Program-made: the position numbers and the translations under genes | IMG/VR virus record: IMGVR_UViG_3300028833_000002 | From: a virus | Lineage: Duplodnaviria; Heunggongvirae; Uroviricota; Caudoviricetes | DNA: 21,382 nucleotides | Strand: one strand, 5' to 3' | Notes under the pieces: model-generated | Seen by the model: only the letters and a program-made list of their open reading frames with translations | The model's database searches: none | Told to the model about the DNA's origin: nothing | Shown here: piece by piece, positions 1 through 8,034 of the stretch | Numbering within the stretch: the stretch's first letter is position 1 | Layout: every line of letters begins with the position of its first letter

Positions 1-231
1 TTATATGACGACAAGCCTTTTGGTTATGATTTAACTCACATTAAAGATGGTGGCCTTTCTGATGTTTATTTTGAGGGTTATGTTATACTTACAGAAGAAG
101 AATGGAATCGTGCTGCTGAGAATATGGCATCGGGTAAATGTTCTTTGGAAACGATTTTCCGTGATAAATTTAATGAGTATTTAGAAGAAACTAAATTTGC
201 TATTGTTTTTGAAAGAGGTAATGAATTTTGA
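1..231 (+). CDS. hypothetical protein, 5'-truncated by the window edge
   Basis: Open frame from base 1 (LYDDKPFG...RGNEF) to TGA at 229-231, overlapping the next start (TTGA). Confidence 0.7.
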   Translation, partial: LYDDKPFGYDLTHIKDGGLSDVYFEGYVILTEEEWNRAAENMASGKCSLETIFRDKFNEYLEETKFAIVFERGNEF

Positions 232-845
232 AGAAATATAAAGTAATTAAAGAAATTGGCGGCAAGGAAAACCGTATTATAGAAAGCAACATAGAAGAAT
301 GTGAACTTGAATCTTATATCCGTAAATATCTTCAGCTTGAATTTTTTGAAAAATGGTATAAGCGTAAGTATGATACTGAATTGGAATATAACAGTCTTAC
401 AATAGTAGACCTTGAAGATAATATTAATAACTATGTTCATGAACTTTGTGAAAACATGGTTAAGTGGGATATTCAACTTTACCTTGGCAATAGTCTTTTC
501 ATAAAAAGCTATGAACAAAACGTTAGACTGTTTATTTCCGTTCTTGATTACGGCGAGTTGGTGCCGGTTTGTGCTAGACCAGATGGTGAGCATAAGTTAA
601 TCATTTTAGATGATGGAGTTGTTCACAGTGATACAACTGAGAAGCCAGTAGATACAATAAGTTATAGTGTAAGTGTAGATGATTATGATTTTAGTAGTTT
701 TAGATTCTGCTGCGAAGTTGTAATAAGCATAGCCGAATATCTTGGTTATCTCGAAAATGAAGTATCATTGGCAAATATGATATTAGAAAAATTTAACGGT
801 AAAACTCCATTTGATATTGAATTTGCAGAAATTAAAAAGCAGTAA
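228..845 (+). CDS. hypothetical protein (205 aa)
   Basis: TTG start overlapping the upstream stop, GAGG-like RBS upstream, TAA stop. Confidence 0.75.
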   Translation: MKKYKVIKEIGGKENRIIESNIEECELESYIRKYLQLEFFEKWYKRKYDTELEYNSLTIVDLEDNINNYVHELCENMVKWDIQLYLGNSLFIKSYEQNVRLFISVLDYGELVPVCARPDGEHKLIILDDGVVHSDTTEKPVDTISYSVSVDDYDFSSFRFCCEVVISIAEYLGYLENEVSLANMILEKFNGKTPFDIEFAEIKKQ

Positions 846-916
846 TAATTTCGCCGCGAAATTTTTCTATAATTTTTAATTTTCTTTTTCTTTTTTATTA
901 TTTCTCTTAGCAGATT

Positions 917-1157
917 TGACCGAATTTCGGTCAGAATCCGCCGGAACACAGGCAGTTTTAGCCGAAATCCGGCGGATTTTGTCCAACTTAAAACATTTTT
1001 TGTCCGCGGTCAAAATTGTCCGCGGCGAATTTTGTCCGAGTTCTTACAAAAGTTGTCCTTTTTCTTTGACAACTCTGTCCATGTTTCTACATTATAAAAG
1101 AGGGGCGGCGGATTTTGTCCAAACTTCTACAAAGATTGTCCATATTCATGGACAAAA
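917..1157. repeat. cluster of TGTCC boxes and inverted repeats upstream of a wHTH gene
   Basis: TGTCC at 980, 1001, 1017, 1033, 1054, 1076, 1116, 1137 and inverted GGACAAAA at 1150. GGCGGATTTTGTCCAA at 971 and 1107. Palindrome TGACCGAA-T-TTCGGTCA 917-933. Inverted repeat 935-945/968-978. Confidence 0.75.
1066..1093 (+). promoter_or_regulatory. possible sigma-A promoter of the wHTH gene
   Basis: TTGACA (1066) - 16 bp - TACATT (1088), overlapped by TGTCC boxes. Confidence 0.4.
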
Positions 1158-1174
1158 TGACAGGTGGTGAAAAT

Positions 1175-1717
1175 ATGAGCTTTCCAAACCAAAGCTATTA
1201 TCACATAGCGAAAGTAATATCTAATGACAAAGGAGATGTTTATTTTATGGTAAGATGGGCAGATGTGTTAAAAGCATCAAAAGAATTAACAGCAAATGGC
1301 ATGAAATTATATTTATATTTAGCCAAAAATCAAGATGGCTACAATTTCTATTTTAGTTCCGCAGACTTTTGTAAAACCTATGATATTTCTGATAGAACCT
1401 TTAGAAGAGCGAGAGAAGAACTTATGGAAAAGGGTTATCTATTAGAAAAAGAAAAAAATAATGTATATTTTAACGCAGGCGGTGGCCTTGGAGAATCAGA
1501 AGATGCCATTAAGGAAAAAATATTAAAAATAGGAGAAACCTTAAAGGCCGCAAACATAGACCTTTTTGAGGAATATCGTAGTGCGCTTAAAGAAGCCAAT
1601 CTTGTTGCCTTAAAGGACGACGAGAAGGCCTATAAGATAAAGGCTAAAGAGATTATTAACATAGGAGAAGACTTTATAAGAACTTGTACAAAGGCAGAGA
1701 TTGAAAATCTTATTTAA
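1175..1717 (+). CDS. winged helix-turn-helix DNA-binding protein (replication-initiator/HTH_36-like N-terminus)
   Basis: RBS GGTGGTGA before ATG 1175, in frame with the track ORF from 1115. Pattern LTANGMKLYLYL...ISDRTFRRAREELMEKGYL resembles wHTH domains; paralogous to 7711-8034. Confidence 0.65.
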   Translation: MSFPNQSYYHIAKVISNDKGDVYFMVRWADVLKASKELTANGMKLYLYLAKNQDGYNFYFSSADFCKTYDISDRTFRRAREELMEKGYLLEKEKNNVYFNAGGGLGESEDAIKEKILKIGETLKAANIDLFEEYRSALKEANLVALKDDEKAYKIKAKEIINIGEDFIRTCTKAEIENLI

Positions 1718-1730
1718 TTTCGCGGCGAAA

Positions 1731-1765
1731 GGTCTACTGGAAATATCTGGTAGGCCTTTACTTTT
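1731..1765 (+). terminator. hairpin/T-tract overlapping the promoter module
   Basis: GGTCTACTGGA-AATA-TCTGGTAGGCC followed by TTTACTTTT. Confidence 0.6.
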
Positions 1766-1785
1766 ATTTAAAAGTGTGTTATAAT
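1757..1785 (+). promoter_or_regulatory. sigma-A promoter, left-arm class
   Basis: TTTACT-17-TATAAT with extended -10 TG, followed by ATATATAGAAAGTTAAGA shared with the 4484 and 6725 copies. Confidence 0.85.
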
Positions 1786-1835
1786 ATATATAGAAAGTTA
1801 AGAGAGAGAAAGAAATTCAGAAAGGACTAGAAATT

Positions 1836-2528
1836 ATGGGTACAAAATGTTTAATCGGCTATGCTTTTGGAAATACAGTTTACTATGCTTATTGTCTTCA
1901 CCACGGTTATCCGGGCCATATGGTTCCTATTTTAAGACACATTATTAATGGTGATTTTCTTACGAAAAGAATCATTAATGAACGTATACTCGGTTTCATA
2001 ACCAATGATTGCGAACCCCATACAACTCATGACTGTGAGCCATTATGGGATAAGAGAAAAGAAGAACTGAAATGCTCTTTAAAGGACTTCATCAGCGGCA
2101 ATACAAGTGAGGAAAGCGATTATCGTTATCTTTTTGATGGCGCTGAATGGAAGTGCTATGGACGAGACCTTGGTTCTCAGGACGACCGCTTTTGTTCTTC
2201 TGATTATATCGACATGAAAAACCCATCCAAAGATGGCGGCTATTGGTTTTATAGAGAATCGATGACAGACCGCCGCGAATTTCTCGTAAGAAGGTCAGGC
2301 GGTCATTTAGATGAAGGTCTTTGCATCAACACTATTATGACAGCAAATGAACTTATTAACTATGTTGACATGGATGACATCCACGACGAATCCTATGAAA
2401 TCTACGAAATCACAGAATATGGCACAATGAGAGAAATCTTCTATCGTGGCTGGAAGCCGGGATGTGTTATTGAATTTACTGATGACTATGGTCAGGTTGT
2501 ACTTTGCGGCCATGGTACTGACCACTAA
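1836..2528 (+). CDS. hypothetical phage protein (230 aa)
   Basis: AAGGA RBS, first gene after the promoter. N-terminus MGTKCLIG...YCLHHGYP resembles a recurring phage hypothetical motif (from recall, not searched). Confidence 0.8.
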   Translation: MGTKCLIGYAFGNTVYYAYCLHHGYPGHMVPILRHIINGDFLTKRIINERILGFITNDCEPHTTHDCEPLWDKRKEELKCSLKDFISGNTSEESDYRYLFDGAEWKCYGRDLGSQDDRFCSSDYIDMKNPSKDGGYWFYRESMTDRREFLVRRSGGHLDEGLCINTIMTANELINYVDMDDIHDESYEIYEITEYGTMREIFYRGWKPGCVIEFTDDYGQVVLCGHGTDH

Positions 2529-2545
2529 GAGAGGAGCAGATAACA

Positions 2546-2887
2546 ATGCTTGATATAGTAAAAACAAAATATGTTATTGATATTCATGACCTCATCAATG
2601 CAATGGGAGAAATTGAGGGGGTAGACCGCGTTTTCCGTGTGTTCCAAGATATGCACTGTTATGGCGGCAGTAATGAGTCGTATCTTGAAATTGGTGATGA
2701 TTGGATTGCTGATAACTTATACAAATCGGCTTCTGAGTATTTAGGTGATGATGAGAATATCTCAGATGAAGAAATACTTGCTTATTCAAGCCCGGATGAT
2801 TCATATGATAAGGTATGTTATAGACTGTTTGAAATGATGGTTAAAGAAGAAATTCCAAGGGAGTTCGTTGTTCACCTTTGGTGGTAA
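2546..2887 (+). CDS. acidic hypothetical protein (113 aa)
   Basis: GAGGAG RBS, TAA stop, D/E-rich. Confidence 0.8.
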   Translation: MLDIVKTKYVIDIHDLINAMGEIEGVDRVFRVFQDMHCYGGSNESYLEIGDDWIADNLYKSASEYLGDDENISDEEILAYSSPDDSYDKVCYRLFEMMVKEEIPREFVVHLWW

Positions 2888-2899
2888 GGAGTGATTAAT

Positions 2900-3316
2900 A
2901 TGATAGGAATTGCTATTGCTTATTGGCTGATTATAAATACAATTGGTGTATCTGCGATTGTGGCTTCGATGTGCAAACCAAACGAAAAGCCAGCAATTAA
3001 AACTGATGAAAAGCCAAAGGTTAAAACAAAAGAAGATAAATATCCGGCAAATTATTTTGAAAACCTTAAAGAAACAAAAGAGCAAGAATGTGTAGAAAAA
3101 CTCTTAGACAAAATTAGCAATTCATATAAATCATCCGTTGGCGTGGCAAATAATTTTGTTCTTTCCCCTGAGGCTTATAAGAAAATTACATACAAAACAT
3201 TACATGATACCTTTGTTGTGAAATATGGTTTTTGCATGTGTACTTCTTCCGGAAGAGATTTTACACATGCTGATTATCTCAACGAATATCCAATGTATCT
3301 TTTTCAGGAAAGATAG
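2900..3316 (+). CDS. membrane-anchored hypothetical protein
   Basis: AAGGAG RBS favours ATG 2900. N-terminal hydrophobic helix, then a Lys-rich linker. Ends in TAG (next in-frame TAA at 3344-3346). Confidence 0.75.
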   Translation: MIGIAIAYWLIINTIGVSAIVASMCKPNEKPAIKTDEKPKVKTKEDKYPANYFENLKETKEQECVEKLLDKISNSYKSSVGVANNFVLSPEAYKKITYKTLHDTFVVKYGFCMCTSSGRDFTHADYLNEYPMYLFQER

Positions 3317-3365
3317 TTAATTCATTATCGCGGCGAAAGAATTTAAAGTAAGGAGAACTGATAAT

Positions 3366-3848
3366 ATGGAAACAGAAAATAAAGTATGGGTAGTAAGTGG
3401 AGAAGACTGGAATGAAGAGAGAGGAACTCGTATTGTCATTGGTGTTTGTCCTACTGAAGAAGATGCCGAAAATCTTAAACTTCAATTTGAAAACGAGTAT
3501 GATAATATATGGATACAAGAGTTTTACCCAAAAACTTGGGACAGGCCATCCATTATTTACAACGGTCACTTCAAGGTAGAGATTCGTCCCTTTATTAAGA
3601 AACATTATATTTTACATAAAGTAGAAATCATGGAACAAGAAAGAGAGGTTTTACCTGCTGGGTATGGACCTAAGGAAAAATTTGAATTTTCTGTGGGCCA
3701 TATAATCAAAACTGATGGTCCAGAGGTTTATATAATAGTGGGAGAATTTACTTCTATGGAAAAGGTTCCTACTGAGGGAAAAGCGGCAAAAGAATGGATT
3801 GCTCAAAAAGTTAATGAAAAAGGCCTTATCACATTAGAAAGCTTCTGA
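3366..3848 (+). CDS. hypothetical protein (160 aa)
   Basis: AAGGAG RBS, TGA stop. Confidence 0.8.
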   Translation: METENKVWVVSGEDWNEERGTRIVIGVCPTEEDAENLKLQFENEYDNIWIQEFYPKTWDRPSIIYNGHFKVEIRPFIKKHYILHKVEIMEQEREVLPAGYGPKEKFEFSVGHIIKTDGPEVYIIVGEFTSMEKVPTEGKAAKEWIAQKVNEKGLITLESF

Positions 3849-3875
3849 TTTTAAAGAGGAAAGGAAAGAATCAGT

Positions 3876-4451
3876 ATGGAATTTTTTGAAGGCTGGAACT
3901 GGAAGAAAAGTTTAGGGGCAGTAATTATTATAGCAATAATCATCGGCCTTTGCTGGTACGCTTTTACTCCAGTAAGAACCACAGACGACACAATTCTCTA
4001 TAAGTCATGGACATGGGAGTTCCCAACTTATACTTACGTAACCAACCACAAATCTTATCGTTCTCACAAAGAAAGTGGCGCTTATAATGTTCATAGGCAT
4101 ACTTCTACAACAACTTACTATGATGCGGCTACTAAAACCACAAAAACAAAAACTGTTGTAAAATATAGCTATGACATAGACGAATGGGAATGGAGTAAAG
4201 ATTGTACAACCACTGGCTTAGATAACAAACCTTATGAGGGCGAAGATAAAGACCTTCCATTTGATATTTCTAATCCACATATTGGTGATAGAAAGCGTGG
4301 CAACAGAGCTGAAAAATACGAAGTTAAAACAGAAAAATCAGAAAACCGTTGGTATGAAATCACTCGAAAAGATTGGGAAAAGCTCGAAGTTGGATATAAA
4401 ATTGAATATGACAAGGCAAGAGCACTCAATAAAATCTCAGTGTGCTATTAA
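3876..4451 (+). CDS. single-pass membrane / exported protein (191 aa)
   Basis: N-terminal TM helix GAVIIIAIIIGLCWYAF, Thr/Tyr-rich remainder. Confidence 0.8.
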   Translation: MEFFEGWNWKKSLGAVIIIAIIIGLCWYAFTPVRTTDDTILYKSWTWEFPTYTYVTNHKSYRSHKESGAYNVHRHTSTTTYYDAATKTTKTKTVVKYSYDIDEWEWSKDCTTTGLDNKPYEGEDKDLPFDISNPHIGDRKRGNRAEKYEVKTEKSENRWYEITRKDWEKLEVGYKIEYDKARALNKISVCY

Positions 4452-4457
4452 ATATTA

Positions 4458-4493
4458 GACCTACTGGAAATATCTGGTAGGCCTTTACTTTTT
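4458..4493 (+). terminator. hairpin/T-tract overlapping the promoter module
   Basis: GACCTACTGGA-AATA-TCTGGTAGGCC then TTTACTTTTT; second copy of the 1731 element. Confidence 0.55.
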
Positions 4494-4512
4494 CTAAAAA
4501 CTATGCTATAAT
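4484..4512 (+). promoter_or_regulatory. sigma-A promoter, left-arm class
   Basis: TTTACT-17-TATAAT, TGn extension, conserved downstream ATATATAGAAAGTTAAGAGAGAGA. Confidence 0.85.
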
Positions 4513-4563
4513 ATATATAGAAAGTTAAGAGAGAGATAAAAAATTAGAAAGGACGAATGAACT

Positions 4564-4821
4564 ATGAAAAACTACAGACCAAAGTCATGGAGCGCTCAGG
4601 CTCGCGAAATGTGCGACAGACAGATTGAATACATAAACTACGGACACTGCTTTATCGCTGATTCAATGAGAATGTTCAGAAACTCTTACCGCCACCCACT
4701 CATTGTTGGTAGAGCGGCAAAGAGATTTGGCAGAATGTTAAGAGCCGGCAAAATCAGAGAGAACAAGGAAGCATACATCAGACAGTATCCACTCGATGCT
4801 AAAGACAGGGGGCTTATCTAA
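4564..4821 (+). CDS. small basic hypothetical protein (85 aa)
   Basis: AAGGA RBS, Arg/Lys-rich, TAATG coupling to the next gene. Confidence 0.8.
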   Translation: MKNYRPKSWSAQAREMCDRQIEYINYGHCFIADSMRMFRNSYRHPLIVGRAAKRFGRMLRAGKIRENKEAYIRQYPLDAKDRGLI

Positions 4822-5159
4822 TGACAAATATCGGAGATAACAAATATCTTCATTTGACTACTCGCCGCGATTATCTTGATGTTATATCTGAAAAGGTTTC
4901 TCCAGATTTCGCGGCGGAAATAGAGGAAATGCTCAATGAAGCAGACCTTACGAAAGAAGCAATGATAGAGGAAATTGATTCGGATGCTAAGTTCTATGAG
5001 TTAGAAAACGAAGAAATGCGCAACACAATTGACGATGCAAACTCGCTGATTCAACAGTTCCTCTATCCTATAGAAAAAGGCAAAAATCTCAATCGTCAGA
5101 AGACAATTCAGTTTCTTAATGACTTACTTAAACTAATCGACATAAACAACTGGAAATAA
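4821..5159 (+). CDS. hypothetical protein, probable coiled coil (112 aa)
   Basis: Translationally coupled start, acidic heptad-like middle. Confidence 0.8.
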   Translation: MTNIGDNKYLHLTTRRDYLDVISEKVSPDFAAEIEEMLNEADLTKEAMIEEIDSDAKFYELENEEMRNTIDDANSLIQQFLYPIEKGKNLNRQKTIQFLNDLLKLIDINNWK

Positions 5160-5171
5160 GGAGGGGTACAT

Positions 5172-5516
5172 ATGTATCTTGTGCAGAAAATTTCAACATT
5201 TGAGGGACTGGAAATTATTAACCCACAGATTTACTCGCAGTATAAGGATGCTCGCCGCGATTTGCTTAGTAGACTAGGAGAAATCTTCATGGATGCATTC
5301 TTAGATTCTGACCGTGATGATTATGGCAACAGAGATATAAGAACTGGCTTTGAGCTTTACTCTCAGTTCTACATTGAAGCCGGCACTGGCGCTTCTCTTT
5401 CAAATATCCCGGCAGATGAAAGTGCATTTAAGAAGTGCGGCGAGGAATTAAGCATTTACATTGGTGAAGACTGTCACGAATTCATTTCTATTAAGACGAT
5501 TGGGAGGTATGATTAA
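5172..5516 (+). CDS. hypothetical protein (114 aa)
   Basis: AGGAGG RBS, coupled to the next gene. Confidence 0.8.
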   Translation: MYLVQKISTFEGLEIINPQIYSQYKDARRDLLSRLGEIFMDAFLDSDRDDYGNRDIRTGFELYSQFYIEAGTGASLSNIPADESAFKKCGEELSIYIGEDCHEFISIKTIGRYD

Positions 5517-5743
5517 TGGAGAAGAAAATAGTCTTAGATTTCAGTGCGCTTCCTTTCTCTCTAATCACAGAGGAAATCTATGAAGTCATTGGTGAGTTAA
5601 TTCACATTACCGTAGTTTTCGATAATGGCTGGGAATTTCATGGCGTAATGACTAAACAGAACCTTACCAATCTTTCACACATATCCTTGGCGCCATATGA
5701 CGGCACCTTATTTGACCTTACAATACCACAGGAGGACTTTTAA
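5516..5743 (+). CDS. hypothetical protein (75 aa)
   Basis: GGAGG RBS, TAATG overlap. Confidence 0.75.
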   Translation: MEKKIVLDFSALPFSLITEEIYEVIGELIHITVVFDNGWEFHGVMTKQNLTNLSHISLAPYDGTLFDLTIPQEDF

Positions 5744-5744
5744 T

Positions 5745-6074
5745 ATGTATAAAGTAATAGATACCAAAGAAAACATAATTTCCTACTACGATGACCTTAG
5801 AGATTTTGTAGAGGAATATATGACTATAGATGATGTTATTGAAAGCCTTGATGACATCTATGAACCAGTAGATTTACCAATTGTCGGTAAAATGCATATA
5901 TCAACTATCGTTAAGAACTTAGCTTCAGACGATGACTTAGATATGCTCTTAAACGATGAAATTGATTATGAAACTGATAACCTCATCTATGAAATTGAAC
6001 ACTATGGTACATGTGACTGGGGCGACTATGAGATTTCAGAACCTGAGGAGGAAGACGCTTATGAAGAAGTATAA
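5745..6074 (+). CDS. highly acidic protein (109 aa), possible DNA mimic
   Basis: GGAGG RBS favours ATG 5745 over 5697. About 35 D/E versus 5 K/R by hand count. Confidence 0.75.
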   Translation: MYKVIDTKENIISYYDDLRDFVEEYMTIDDVIESLDDIYEPVDLPIVGKMHISTIVKNLASDDDLDMLLNDEIDYETDNLIYEIEHYGTCDWGDYEISEPEEEDAYEEV

Positions 6075-6693
6075 GATATACAACGCAATTTGTGGACATA
6101 AGGCTACATGTCCACGTTCAGAAGCAAAAACCCTTGAAGAAGCTATGGAATATGTTGTTACCGTAAGTAAAAACAACATTATATTCGATAAGTTAGATGA
6201 AGTCTTATTCGACATTGAAGTTAATGATGCAATGGTTGTGGCGGCAAATTCCGAAGCAAACCAGTGGATTATTAACAAGTGGCTCGAAGAAAAGAAAAAT
6301 GAACTTATTGAAATGTATTTAAAGACCAATGGAGTTAATTTTCTTATAAACGACTTAATAGTTGAAGAGTGTGAGGAATATTACCTCTATCAGAATGGTA
6401 TCCTCGGAATGTCCGGTCCATTTGATGAACTGTTTAACTACATTCGCAATTATTGTCTTTATGAAAGTGCGGCGAGAGATTTCTTTAACGGTTGTGTCTA
6501 TGAAATGCCTGACTTTTTACATGGAGAATTAGGTAATCTTCTTTTCCCTTATGGTGATTGCGCGCCAGATTTCTCTGATAGCATCCCTACCTACATTAAA
6601 AATAGACTCAAATTTATGGCTGACCGTGATGGTTCGGTAATTTTTGCGGGCGTAGTTATTAGCTCCAAACCAACTGAAGGCCTGCTTGAATAG
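6061..6693 (+). CDS. hypothetical protein (210 aa)
   Basis: GAGGA upstream of ATG 6061, overlapping the previous gene. Ends in TAG with an in-frame TAA at 6703-6705. Confidence 0.75.
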   Translation: MKKYKIYNAICGHKATCPRSEAKTLEEAMEYVVTVSKNNIIFDKLDEVLFDIEVNDAMVVAANSEANQWIINKWLEEKKNELIEMYLKTNGVNFLINDLIVEECEEYYLYQNGILGMSGPFDELFNYIRNYCLYESAARDFFNGCVYEMPDFLHGELGNLLFPYGDCAPDFSDSIPTYIKNRLKFMADRDGSVIFAGVVISSKPTEGLLE

Positions 6694-6724
6694 AGTATTT
6701 GTTAATGGAAATATCTGGTAGACA

Positions 6725-6753
6725 TTGACTTTTACCTTAACTTGTGTTATAAT
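6725..6753 (+). promoter_or_regulatory. sigma-A promoter, left-arm class
   Basis: TTGACT-17-TATAAT, TGn extension, preceded by TGGAAATATCTGGTAG. Confidence 0.85.
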
Positions 6754-6786
6754 ATATATAGAAAGTTAAGAAAGGAACTGATAAAT

Positions 6787-7017
6787 ATGACAGAAGAAAG
6801 AGTATTTGTGTTTGATGACAGAGACCACAAAAGGTTTTACAAACTTTCATACAGGGGCTTGGTTGCTATGGTTTTCGCGGCAGAACAGATGAATATTTGG
6901 TATCAGGTATCAGAAATAGTTAATGGCGGTGGAGTAGACCGCATCATGAAAGTAAATGGCGAAACCATTGAAATGTATGACACAAACGAAAACTTACTTT
7001 CCGTATCCAATGTCTAA
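6787..7017 (+). CDS. hypothetical protein (76 aa)
   Basis: AAGGA RBS before ATG 6787; the track start at 6742 lies inside the promoter. Confidence 0.8.
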   Translation: MTEERVFVFDDRDHKRFYKLSYRGLVAMVFAAEQMNIWYQVSEIVNGGGVDRIMKVNGETIEMYDTNENLLSVSNV

Positions 7018-7029
7018 GGAGGACCACAA

Positions 7030-7242
7030 ATGAAAGAATTTAAAATAACTCTTACAACCCTGTCAAAAGCCGGCTTTTCCGATAACTACAAGCCGGACAT
7101 CACAAAGACCTACTTCATGGGCGGCAACACACTCCTCAACATCGAAGCTGCAAAACGTAATTTTGCTTTGGAATTTGGGGTTGATGCATCAAAGGTTGAA
7201 GTAGTTGATGTATGGGAAGTAAATGAAAGTGAAAATGATTAA
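7030..7242 (+). CDS. hypothetical protein (70 aa)
   Basis: AAGGAGG RBS. Confidence 0.8.
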   Translation: MKEFKITLTTLSKAGFSDNYKPDITKTYFMGGNTLLNIEAAKRNFALEFGVDASKVEVVDVWEVNESEND

Positions 7243-7256
7243 GGAGGAATTAAACC

Positions 7257-7466
7257 ATGTACGTTGTAGAATTTTTAATTGATGAAACACCAGCAAAATT
7301 ATTCAATACATTTGACGAAGCGAAAGACGCGGCAATTGCCTATCTCGATGAATATGGATTCGATGTTAATGCCTTTGATATGCTGGACGAAAGTGCTGAT
7401 GACCCAACATTCGAAGGATTTGCTGTCGAAGATGTTGTGCTTTGCTTCTATGCTGAACTTGCATAA
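7257..7466 (+). CDS. small acidic hypothetical protein (69 aa)
   Basis: AAGGAGG RBS; about 18 D/E versus 2 K. Confidence 0.8.
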   Translation: MYVVEFLIDETPAKLFNTFDEAKDAAIAYLDEYGFDVNAFDMLDESADDPTFEGFAVEDVVLCFYAELA

Positions 7467-7478
7467 GGGGGCTACCAC

Positions 7479-7700
7479 ATGAAACTCGAACGTTATTTCT
7501 ACCACAGACTTTGCGGCAAGCAGTCACAGCCAGTTTTGTATGGGAAGCGAGTTGATGAATTCCCGTCAATTGTAGATGCCCGCAATTTCATTTATGAAAC
7601 CTACAAAACAAACTACTACATCGACGAAACAGACCCAATGGTAATTTCAGTTACCTCATGTGATGGTGTTGCGGGCGTTAGATGTTTCTTAGTTATCTGA
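7479..7700 (+). CDS. hypothetical protein (73 aa)
   Basis: AAGGGGG RBS, TGA stop. Confidence 0.75.
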   Translation: MKLERYFYHRLCGKQSQPVLYGKRVDEFPSIVDARNFIYETYKTNYYIDETDPMVISVTSCDGVAGVRCFLVI

Positions 7701-7710
7701 GGTGAGTTAA

Positions 7711-8034
7711 GTGGCACTATTCCCAAATCAGAAAACAATCCAAATTCGCCGCACTCTTCCTCACAAAAACTTCATGGCTATAGATAGAACAAACTGGATT
7801 ATCGCGGCGAAAAGATTAACCTATTCCGCTTTTAAACTATGGATGTTTTTGTGTTCTTATGGAACAAGAGATATGGCGATAGGCCCGGCATATATCAAAC
7901 AATGTATCGGCATTTCAGAAGCCAGTTATCGAGATGCCATGAAAGAACTCGAAAAATACGAATACATAACCCAAGTTCAAAAGAACACTTATCTCTTTAA
8001 TGAATTTGGCAGACCAATGGAGGAAGATGAATGA
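7711..8034 (+). CDS. winged helix-turn-helix protein, paralog of 1175-1717
   Basis: GTG start after GAGGTG. LTYSAFKLWMFL...ISEASYRDAMKELEKYEYI...NTYLFN aligns by eye with the 1175 protein. Confidence 0.65.
   Translation: MALFPNQKTIQIRRTLPHKNFMAIDRTNWIIAAKRLTYSAFKLWMFLCSYGTRDMAIGPAYIKQCIGISEASYRDAMKELEKYEYITQVQKNTYLFNEFGRPMEEDE

Noticed and set aside
78-1170. Track ORFs 78-593 (-), 746-949 (-) and 916-1170 (+)
   Set aside because: Antisense shadows of real genes or frames through repeat DNA, with no RBS.
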